Shown here in pieces: positions 28,201 through 40,400 of a stretch of DNA of 64,000 nt; within the stretch, counting starts at the first letter, position 1, and every line of letters begins with the position of its first letter. The notes below the pieces were generated by a model. That model worked only from the letters and a program-made list of their open reading frames with translations. It was not told where the DNA came from and made no database searches. The DNA is taken from the NCBI GenBank assembly GCA_965644265.1, contig OZ286461.1:95666001-95730000 (forward strand), in the 5' to 3' direction. Made by a program: the position numbers and the translations under genes. Origin of the DNA: Glycera tridactyla. Lineage: Eukaryota.

Positions 28201-31200
28201 AGTCGGATCAGTCAGCAGGGACCTCTGTACCGACACATCCCCAGTTTCCTTGTCAACTTCGAAGAATCCAAGTGCTGTCTCATCCCCTGTTGCTTCAAAT
28301 ATGAAGTCATTATTTGGAGCCTGCAACAACAAAAAATCATACATTCAAGTATCTCATCCAAAAACCGTACAATCTTCGCACACTTTTCTCACAAACCTCA
28401 TTTTGCTCAATTCTACCTGCTCAAATGGCATTCATAAGTTCCATCCCTCTTTTTCCTCCTACCCCACATCCTCCAATCACTCTGACAAGTTAGTGAGATA
28501 TGTAATTTCCATTATCATTACACAAGAACAATGATTTATGATGCGAACTCATCCCATTCACCTCTGATTAAGAAAAGGGACCGGATGGTTCCCTGAAAGC
28601 TCCCATTATAAACTTTCAACTACACTGCAAGTACCGAGAATTATTCTTCATTATGATTTATGATAGTTTACATTTCTTCTTGTATAGTAAAATATCAACA
28701 CCCATGATACTTATGGAATATGTAAGTGAGAATTACACACCGCGGCATCTCTGTCATTTGCTGTGACTCTCATGAAAGGCACACCAAGAAACTGCGTCTC
28801 CTGTATCCTGACATTCATGTTCGTCTGTACCCATGTTGGCGCATAGAAGTTCCTCAGTACAGTCACATACACAATTGCAGTCGCACTTCGAGGTGGATTA
28901 CCATTATCAAATGCCACCACTCGCACCTGAAAACACATCATGTAGATGAAAATCAAATCAAAAATATTTCAATGATACTTATAGTTATAGTATTTAATCA
29001 ATACTACCTTATAGTATTATGTACTATGTGATATTCATAATTATCTACAAATTCATCTACAAAATCCTTCAAGAATTACCCAAAAACACACATAGCCCAC
29101 AATGACCAGGTTTATCAACAGGATGCAATCATTCATTAGGTAATATTTTTCAGAAATAGTGTAATGGGCAAAGCAATGCAAATTCATATGCATTGGGAAA
29201 CCAGTCAATCTTGCCTCTATAAATGAAGGCAATTTACTTGCAATATCAAGAGAGAGAATCTCATGGCATTATCAGAAATACTTCTACAACCAATCTTGAC
29301 AATCTTCTTGTCTCTCAAAAGGTTATCTGAAGACCCAATGTCCCCATCCCCCTCAGCCTATTCCTATGAATCACATATATTTCCCAATTAGCAGATTCAG
29401 CATATTACGTTCATTCAATAAAGAGCTAATCTGATTGATCTCATATTCTGGCTGGTTATTTATGATGCAGACTGATGAGCCTACAACGGATTCAATATGG
29501 TAAACTTCTTAGGATTGCATACCCTATAAAGTTCATTAGTATCCGATGTTAAAGATGTCACTGTTGTGATCTGTCCTGTTTCGTCGTTGATCCTGAAGTA
29601 TGTTGGTGCACTGTCATCTCCAATGATGCCATAGTTAACCATTCGGAAGTCCTCCTGCAAATGATATACAAGATGTATCACATACATGCACTTGGAATCT
29701 CCTTCTTGAAGCTACTTTTGAAGCAATGTATATCATTTGGAGTGTAACCTGCTTCAGACCACCTCTGTCTAAAGGACACTTGCATACAGAGACTAGCCTA
29801 ATGGATGACTGTAATAGAACTTTATCACAGTAAATGGCCTGTCCAGACACCACCTCCCTACAAAGACCACTTATTCATGCAGTCAGAGGTGGTCTTTTAG
29901 ATAGATTCAACTGTAAATAGCACTGCATCATCAAGAGGAATCCTTGCTCCGAGGGCAGCCACCTGCCCTAAGCAGCCACTTTTAAATTTAGCGCTGGAGG
30001 TTTTTACCACTGTAATTCACCTAGTCTAAGCAGCCACCTGTCCTAAGCAGCCACTTTTTGCCTTCCAGAAGGGTGGCTGCTTAGAATAGGTTCGATTTTA
30101 TACACTGCCACTGTATCTGCAATTTTGTGTGAACACATATAATTTGAAAATACAGTTGCAATGTCATTTGTTGAATCCATGATTAGGCAGCTAGAGCATC
30201 TGGAAGAAAGAGCATTGATCTTTGATTTGAAGTGAACTTACAGCAGTGTCTGAATCCTGTGCCTGTACGGTAATGACACTGAATCCATTGGGGGCATCCT
30301 GTCTGATGGAGGCATAGTATGAAGTGTTGAAGAAGATTGGAGCATTCTCATTCCGGACGACGTTTACAGTGACTGATGCTCGATTTGTGGCCTGCTTTGA
30401 TACTGGCAAGCCTCGATCTCTCGCAGAAATCACAGGCTGAAATAAAATATTCATGAAAAATTAGTTCTAACTCATGGCTGAATGTGATGTGATTTTTCAT
30501 GTTTTTTGTGATGCAGATAAAGAGAGGTGAACAGAACTGGTAGGTCAACTGTAAGATGAATAACTGTATTTCCCGACTATCACATCAAACCAGTATAGTG
30601 AATGATATGATATGATGATCCTTCGTTTACCTCATTGTAATGAAGTATTTACAAAATATGCACTAGCCCAGCTCTTCATGGCATTCATGAGAAATAAACC
30701 TAAAATCCTTGAAAAATAATCAATCAAAGGTTCAATGCTGAATCATGTTCATATCCCTAACATGTGACTTAATTGCAGCTATCTGATATCACGGCAAGGA
30801 TATCATATCAAAACAGTATCATGAATCTGAGAATTGATTCACCAATGGTTTCAAGGTGAATCACATTCCTATTCCAAACATGTAAGTTAATAAGTTTGAA
30901 CATCTGACACTTATAGACTCAAGGATGATTTTGAGTCCAAGAGAAGGTTACCTACCTGATAGCGAGTATTTCTGCTGGGATCAAGAGCCACTGATTTTTT
31001 CAGACTGAGATATCCTGTGTCCTCATCCACCATGAAGTATTCCATGGCCAATGCATCACCGGACATCGAATAAATAATCTGATTGTGTGGAGTCTGGAAG
31101 AGGAAAAATCACAAGACCGAGATGAGCAACAATTACCAACAGCAGGGCCTCCATTTGCTGATGACATAAACCTACATCCACTATCTTCTCATAGAATGAA

Positions 31201-34200
31201 CACAACTGCCAATCATTTTGGAGACACTTTGAATAACAAAAATAGCAAAGATTTTCCTGAAGGACTCTAGTTGCAGATTGATGAAGGTAGTACATATCTA
31301 CTGAACTGATCATGCACTTGAAAGTGAATTGGACAGTTCCACTTGTCTTTGAAAGTTTCTCTCATTACAATCATGACAATGCAACCAATTCATCAATGTT
31401 TTCATCATTAATGTCTTCGTGCCTTACAATAAGCAACAGACTGTGAAAACTGTATGGCAATACATTGCAACTGGCAATTTGCAAAACAGTCATGAGTAAT
31501 TTTCCATGTTGAGCAAGATTCTCTCAAGATAAATACACATCTCTTCTGCTCCATCATTTTCGATGTAAGTGTCCTTGTATAGCAGAAGAATTGTTTACCT
31601 GTGATTTGGTGGGGATGAAAGAAGAATGAAACAAGCACATATAGCTCCGAAAATTGAGGGGAACCAGCATTACCAGCTCAGATATCCTGGAGTTCAGGCA
31701 GACTTGCATCACACTAGATTGTTGGAAAATTCAAAATTGGCAAATCTGGTCTGATGTAGGTGGATGATTTACAGCGTCTGCGGTATGCCGTGTTCCAAAG
31801 AATATCAGTTTGAGCTCATTCACCCTTCCAACCCCCTTCCCAGTGCCCCAGTTGTCACATCTCATACCTCAAAATCAAGAGGATGGTGTGTTGCTGATTT
31901 AAATGTCCATATATAACAGGAAATTATTCATACCTGAATATCATTATCAATAGCAGTGACACGAAGGAGAGATGATGCCAATCCTTCGTTGTCTTGAATT
32001 GTGACTTGATAAACATCAGGATCAAATGAAGGTGCGTGTAAGTTGCGATTAACTGTGATTGTGACTAGACCTTCGGCGCTTCTATCTCCGCCATCAGTGG
32101 CCAGAATTCGAACCTGAAAGAAGAGAAAAAATGCATTTCAGAATCCTGATTTTGTTTCCTGATAAAGTGTATGATTGTGAAAGAAGCATAAAGCCTCAAC
32201 TGGGACAATTCTGAAAAACTCAATTCGTGTTCAAATGAAAAAAGAAAAAGAAATGTATACACCTAATGATGTACATAATTTATTGTCCCTTTATCTCTCA
32301 TCTTGGCTAATGGCTTTCTTGACTAATTGTTACCAATCTACAGACAGACATACCCCTAGATTTGCCTCTGCCTGTCATGCACAACACTTTCACAGATCAG
32401 TCTATGATCAGCCATCTTTATCTGAAATCAGTTTACAATTTCTACATAAAGACTTCCAGCTAGTACTTCTACAATGCATGTATAGGATCAACAACCTGCC
32501 AAATAAGGCCTTGTACTTACCACATAGACGAGGTCACTATCTTCTTGCAGATTACGAGCAATGGAGACGAGTCCGGTTTCTGGGTGGACCTTGAAGAACC
32601 GTGTCGCTTTTCCATCTCCAGAAAGTGAGAATGAAATCCTACTGAATAATTCCTATGAACAGAGAAACAAATGTATCAGAATCCAATATGACGATGCATC
32701 TTCAACTGATCATAAGACATTGCTTTTGAATACCTGGAAATTTGGATGAGATGAAAAATTAATTAACTACAATTCACAATGCACCTCTGGAATGGAAAAT
32801 ATACATTGATAGGAGTCATCAGAATTCTTGTTTTGGATCTGATCCCAGATTCAAATTCTCAAACATAGAGGTGACTCAATCCTTTCTGAAATGCACTTCA
32901 GGCTAAGTGTGTTTCTTCACAAGATGCAATTTTTTTAAATGTTTAATGAAATTCACAAACTGAAAAGGGCAATAAAATGAATGGGGTAAGATTTCAAGAA
33001 GTGCATTTCATAGCAATCTCTCCATCATAGTGATGCTACCTATAGATGTGGCAAAGAAATCAGCGCTCTGACTTTTAGAAATTCTACAGCAGTCTCACAT
33101 TACGAGTTAAGTAGATAGATTTTATCAAACAAAAGACATGAGATCAGAGGGGTCACATTTCATGCAAATGTTAAAAAGACGATGAGTGACAAAGATGAAT
33201 TTCTTCCAAAAAAATACTCACATCAGTATCATCATCTCTGACGGTGACCTGCTCAACTGGCTCATCAACACCAAGTGTGAAGTCAATATTCTGAGCATAT
33301 TGCGCAGGTGTGAACACTGGTGCAAAGTTGTTGCGGACGATATTGACGGAAACCTGAGATGTGGAGCTCAGCACTGGACTTCCCATGTCTTTTGCAGCCA
33401 CTGTAATCTGTTAAACAAAATCAACACAGGTATGATATTAACATATACATATCCCAGAGAGCAGATAATAAGAAAAAAATCCAGACGAATTCCAAAACAT
33501 AATGAGAGATCATTGATTAGGCATAAAGGTGCAAAATTGGTGAAAATAATAAGCTGGACAAATAAAGGTAATCACACAAGAATGTGCGATGAATTAGTCA
33601 AGAGATTGCGAATGACATGGAGAAATTAGAAAGAACAGCTATAAATGTCTGTCAGAATGTCCAGGAGACTGCCTGCCTGACTGATTGACAGNNNNNNNNN
33701 NNNNNNNNNNNNNNNNNNNNNNNNNNNNNNNNNNNNNNNNNNNNNNNNNNNNNNNNNNNNNNNNNNNNNNNNNNNNNNNNNNNNNNNNNNNNNNNNNNNN
33801 NNNNNNNNNNNNNNNNNNNNNNATAAACGCATGAATGAAAAAAACTCACAGTATATCGGGATGTTTCCCGGTCCTCATCCAGTGGTTGGCTGACATCAAT
33901 ACGTCCAAGATCAGGGAAAATGTAGAAGAAATTAGATCCCGAGCTTGGACTAACTGACATGATCTCGTAGCGGATGTCACTGTTGGGACCTTCCGGATCC
34001 TGGTCCAAGGCTTTCACAGTGATGATTGGTGTTCCGATTGGTGCAGTCTCTCTTATATTCGGTGCTGTATACACAGCCTTCTCAAAAGCTGGTGTGAAGT
34101 CATTCTCATCCTGTAGATAAATAAAACATTTATTCAAAATGACACGCTTATCATATTTGTCTATGGCTACATCAAAGCAACTGACATAAAGAGATCATTC

Positions 34201-34410
34201 CGTGATCTTCCCCTTCTAGTTTCATGATCATGCTGGAGCTCATAATCAGCGATGTTTCTAGCCCAAAAATTGAGCGGGCCAATGGCCCGCTTTGCAGAAA
34301 AACAGTGGGCCATTTTCAGGATTCAATGGGCCATTTTCGAAATTTTGTGAGCCATTTCCTGGTTCGTGAAAACAACTGTTCATGACACACCCACTACCAA
34401 CCACCACGCA

Positions 34411-34490
<80 letters not shown>

Positions 34491-37400
34491 CACACAAAGG
34501 AATGGCATCAAAATTATCTACCTGCCTGGTTAGCAGTTACATTTTCAGATCTACCTGCCTCTTCAGAATTCAGGATGCCTTCATTATGTGTTCATTAAAT
34601 TCATTATCATTTTCCACCTGTCCACTGAGCAGGTAGGTTTCAAAATAATTCTGTCAACCTTGGAAATCTACCTGCAAGGGCCAGTTGGGAGGCCATCTCA
34701 AGCAAACACATGGACCCCATCTGGTCACCCCAGGATTACCCCCTCATCAGGCAAGGGTGAACAGGAACTGTCTGTTGATGTTGTGGTATTATCCCAGTCA
34801 TCAGCCGGTAGGGGGTCATTAAGAGGGATTACTTTCTTTGACCCTGTAGAATGCCCCTCCCAACAAATGTTGTCTTTGAGTATAGTCACTGTTAGTTTAT
34901 TGACGAAATTACTGGCAATTACTGGCGCGCCCAGGGGGGCCCATGGAGCTATTTGTTAGTGCGCCCATATCATTATGTAAGACGCCAATGGCGCGATGGC
35001 GCTGCAAATAAACTTCACTGCATAATTATTCCCCAAAAACATTTTTCGAGTCATATTTCAGGCAATATATGCATTTTGAAGGACAGTAATGATGAGAGTG
35101 AATATTCAGATCTGATTTGAGTTGCAGAACTAGGGTAGACCCACCATCTGAGTTGTCATGCAATTACATGAACAAAGCATGACATTGGAGAAAAGAGATT
35201 GATGTGTGATGGTGTGGAGGTAGGATAAGCTCTTTCTCGGTGATACTATCTGATTTTGAACATCTTTCACAGTACCTAGTCAGGAATGAAAGTGATTCTG
35301 GCAGGCATTGAATAGCTTCTCTCTTTCACTTGGCATCATATCATGGTGTTTGATTCCTCTTGACTGACCACAACCACTTTTGTTACCCACATTAAACAGG
35401 ATATAGATCATGCCTTGCATGGAAGACATTTCTTTGAAGTTATCAGTAAACTCATAAGGGATCCATGACAAGCTGATCCCAATCTCGAGATTGACATTCG
35501 AATTCATTACTTTGAACTGCATGTGCCTAACATTGACAGGAGCAATGGCAAACAGTGAAAAGTGATAAATACTCACCATGACTGTGATGGCAATGGAAGC
35601 TGAGAACTGTGGATTATTCTGTCCATTGGCATCCCGGGTGGAGACTGTGACCTCATATTCTCTCTGACGTTCATAATCCAGAGGTTGGATTGTTGTCAGA
35701 CGACCTGACACCTCGTCTAATCGGAATCTACCCGTGTCACCTCGAGTTATCACATATGCAATTGATTTTGTCTGATCCATGTCCACAGCCTGAATACATG
35801 AAGGAAACCATTGAAATAAGAGCTAAAAAACATCTAAAACAAGATATACATGAGCAAGGATGTATTTGAGCTTGTGAAGGAGGTGCACATCTTAATATAT
35901 GCATGAGATCACATAAAGATAAATAGAGATTGATAAATATTCATGATCAGGGTCCTTGTTTTTATGACTTACTAGACAAATCAATGTGATCTAATTGATA
36001 TATAACAGTCAAACAATGATAAAGTGAAACCTGTAACAAGAAACCCCTGATGAGAGACCACCTCTTATGGAAGACCACATCTGCAGGGCTGCTTTCTCAT
36101 TTGACTCAGTCAAATATACATCCAATGAGAGACCACCTCTTTTGAGACCACTTTTTGGTGACATAGAGGGTCATAGGTTTCACTGTAATAACGGAATGAT
36201 AGAAGAGAAAATAGTGACAATATTGATGACAGTACTAGTTCAATGGACAAGGGATGAGAAATGGAAGCCCACCTCAACCGTTGTGATGAGGTAGCCCTGT
36301 TCATTCTCAGGTACATAAGCTGTATAGAGGTTCTCTGGGAAGATGGGAATCATGTCCTCCATGTCTTCAACATTGATGGTAACCTTCAGCACACTTTCTC
36401 GTCTGTCTACTGCGCTGTCGTAGGCAGTCACAAGCAGGATGTGCTGGCTGGACGTCTCATAATCCAGTGGGGCCGATGTTCGGATCTGACCAGACTCAGC
36501 ATCGATGACAAAGAAACTGAAACATCAAGATGAATGTATGATTCTCCGGTTCTTATGTCAGCTGTATTAAGCTCAGTCAGGGATCAACTTCAATGGTCTG
36601 ACAATTTTCAAAATAAAATGCAGGTCAAAAATGATCAAAAAACCTGAGCACTATTGACAAAACCAATGATAAGGACTACATTTTCATGGCGGGACCAGAT
36701 GGTATCCTAATAAACTCCCCGGTAAGAATTACCAAATGTGACTGAGGGTTTATCAAGCACAATGGGATGTTTTGACCTGACAATGAAAATGGATTAGTTT
36801 CCTCTTATCATATATGATAATCAATATAGTTTCCTCCACAAAGATCAGGACACCTGTCATCAAATTCGATTGCGTTGTGAAATTGGCAATTGAGAGAAAC
36901 GCAATATTCAAATCTCCAGGATAATGCACAATATTATAATATGAGATGAGATGAGATGAGATGAGAAACGTTTATTTATCCATTCACGGGTACATGGTCA
37001 TATATGTTAGGTATACATGATGTTCGGTGCAACCGTGACAGAAATACCAGAAGCGATCAGATGATTAAATACATTTCACAAGTAAACATCACTGTAGTAT
37101 CAACAATGTCTTAGGACGTTCCTTCAGTGAAACAGTTCGGTTTCTAACGTTCTACTCTGTAAAGCCAGAATTAATTTCTTGTAAAAATCAAATCAGGTTC
37201 TGCAACCAGTTTATGGACTCATTACAATCATAATAAAATACTTCTTGTTACTGCTCAAGTGTTGGTCAGGTACTATTTTTATGCTCATACACATGCACGT
37301 CCGATACACTTCTTGGTTCACTACTGGTTCCCTTGCTGAGTCACAAAGATCATCGATACCAAAATTTACCCTGCAACATAGATATAAGAGCAGAATTATC

Positions 37401-40400
37401 TAGAGCAGATCCACTCCCTTATATGGGCTTTGAACGTTTTTGGTTCAACGTTTTGTTTCAGTTTTAATTCTTGTGGCAGTGAATTCCACTGTTTTGGTCC
37501 AAAGTAGGAGAAGGATCTCTGGGCATTGCTCGACCTTCTTAGGGGCAATTCAAAATCTCCAGTGGCTGAACCCCTTGTTTCATGTGCGTGGGTGTCACAT
37601 AAAGGGATTAGAAGGTCATTGATATACGGTGGGCAGCGTCCCTTTATGCTTTTATACATAAAAGCGAAAAGGTGCAACTCTCTTTCTTCTGAGAGGCGCA
37701 GAAGATCTGTATCGATGTGAAGCTCATCGGTATGGGCCCAGCAATTTCTCATGAGAATGATTCGTAACGCCTTATTTTGAAGTAGTTGCAGTTGGTATGA
37801 ATCTCTTTGAGAAATCGAGAAGAATACTATGTCACAGTAAGAAAAAAGTGGCAATATCAGTGATCTATATAGTTTGAGTGCCGCTTTCTGTGTGATGAAT
37901 TCTCTGGCCTTAGAGAGCATAAATAGACGCTGGGAGATCTTCCCTGCAATATAATCAATATGTGTTGTGAAAGAGAGTAGTGGATCTAGTTTAACACCAA
38001 GATACTTAAACTGCTCCACTCTTTCTACTAACTGTCCTGCAATGCTGATCGGAGAGAACACTCTGGTTGACAGGGTATGTCTTGTCCCAAAGATCATCAA
38101 TTTCGTCTTTGAAACATTTAAGAACAGCTTATTTGTGTTCAACCATCTTTCAACAATATGAAGATCATTTTGTATCGTGTCTATCAACTCTGATGGATCA
38201 CTGCTACTATAATGTATGGCTGTATCATCAGCATATAAAGAGCTGTTGCATTCCTTCAAAATCTCCGTGATATCATTTATGTATATTATGAACAGTGGTG
38301 GTCCAAGGGTGGACCCCTGGGGAACGCCACAGGTAATCGTTTCAGGGTTGGAAGGCACACCATTTATTTGTGTACGTTGGGATCTGTGTGTTAGAAATGA
38401 CCTAAGCCACTCAAGCTCTGTACCCTTCACTCCAATTTTACATAATTTCCATAATAATCTCTCGTGGTTCACCGTATCAAACGCTTTCTTAAAATCTAAG
38501 AAAGCTATAGCGGTATTATTTCCAATATCCATCTGTTTAAGGATAGTATCAGTCAGGTGTATCAGAGCTGTTTCTGTGGAGAAAGATGGGCGAAAACCAG
38601 ATTGAGATTTGTTTAGAATATTGTTGACTGTAAGAAAATCATATAATTGCTCATGCACCATCTTTTCTACACATTTTGAGACGAAAGGTAAGATACTGAT
38701 AGGTCTGTAATTGGACGGATCTGATCTATCTCCTTCTTTGTGCAGAGGGGTTACCTGCGACGTTTTCCAGGATTGAGGAACAATACCAGATGTCAGAGAC
38801 AAACATATCATATCATGCAATAATGGTGATAATATATCAGATGCGTCCTGAAGAAATCTAGCATATATCCCCGGAAATCCAGTGGATTTACCAATTTTCA
38901 TATCCTTGAGAAATTTGACAATTTCATTTTGTTCAGGAAGTTCAAACTTGAAAGCACTGGTCGAGGTATGAAAAGCAGGTTCTTGTTCTAACAAATCGCC
39001 AGTGATCCTTGATGTCAATTTTTCCCCAATTTCAGTATTGAATTTGTTAAAGATATCAGCCATACCCTTTGGATCAGTGGTACCCTGAAGTTCCTGAATA
39101 TTGCTGCTCTTGTTTGAGCTTGAAAGCAGTTGCGAGAAAACTTTCCATAGTTTTTTTGAGTCTTTTTCATATTCATTCAATTTGTCGAGAAAAAAGCTTT
39201 TTTTCAGAAATTTTGCAGCATTGTTTTTCTGATTTCTCAAGGTATGGGCTCTAATGATGTCTTCTTCCAGACCAGATCTTCTTGATTTTTCTCACCCACC
39301 TTCGGTGGGTGAGAGGTGGGTGAGATAGGCTGATCTCATGACAGGTGGGTGAGATAAGGTTTTTTTAGGTAAGTTGTACATGATTGGCCATATCTGTGAA
39401 GGACTGAAATTCATAGCCAATGGGAATGCTTCTTACATTGATGAAAGTAGCCCATGACCAAATATGGAAAGTAGTTCCTTGACCATGTTCCCGGAACTAC
39501 TTACCAGACTTCAGATTCATGAATGAGAATTCAGTACTACAATGAAATACTATGAAATCTTGAAAGTAGTTCCGAACCCAATATCAGAAAGAGGCCTTGT
39601 AGTTCCAGTGCCAGAAAGAGGCTGTGCAGCAGATCTTTGTTTATCTTGGAGCTGTCAAGATGTTGCCTTTACTAAAAGTTGGCGAAAAAGTAAAGTACAA
39701 GGGTTGCTTGGCTGTTGTCGAGAAGATTGAATCACCCCTAGGATTTCGGGAGTTCACCATTAGACTTGAGAGTGGAATAGTACGCATCTGTGCAAGATAC
39801 CTGTTGGAAAAGTTGGAGTACTCAGATAATGACCAACCAGGAGTGGACTTGGATAGTGTTGCTGAGCCTTCATCAGAGGTGAGTGAAGTGGAAATGGACA
39901 GTGAGGATGACGAGTTGCTTGTGATAGCTGCTACACAAGCAGAGAGTGAACAAGTTGACATTCAAGTTGAATCGCCGGAGTCCAACACTGAAAGTACATC
40001 AAAATGTGATCAGCCACACAGATTTGTTGATATGACTGTGCCAGTAGACGATTTCATTGAGTCTAATCAAAATAAACAGACTGTTCGGAAGACGAGAGGT
40101 CACATCGAGCTTTTGAAGTCATACTTTCTCACAATAGGAGAATCGCGAGAAGTGGAAGACATACCCCCATTAGAGCTGAGAGACCTGCTTAGCAAATTCT
40201 TCTTATGTGTTCGTACCAAAAAAGGCGCCGAGTATGAGCCAGTCACCCTTAGAAGCATGCTTGGTTCGTTCAATCGCTATCTATGCCAGAAGGACTATTC
40301 TGAGTCGCTCATCGAGGGCAGTACCTTCAAGAAAATGAGGGAAGCCCTCAAAAGCAAACAGGACTTGAAAAAGCAGGGGAAGGGAAATGGGCCGATGCAG

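Noticed and set aside
34248-35020. Possible composite CAG...CTG hAT-like element (also 20895-21080 and 63760-63910)
   Set aside because: Ends too degenerate and no TSD, so boundaries cannot be supported.
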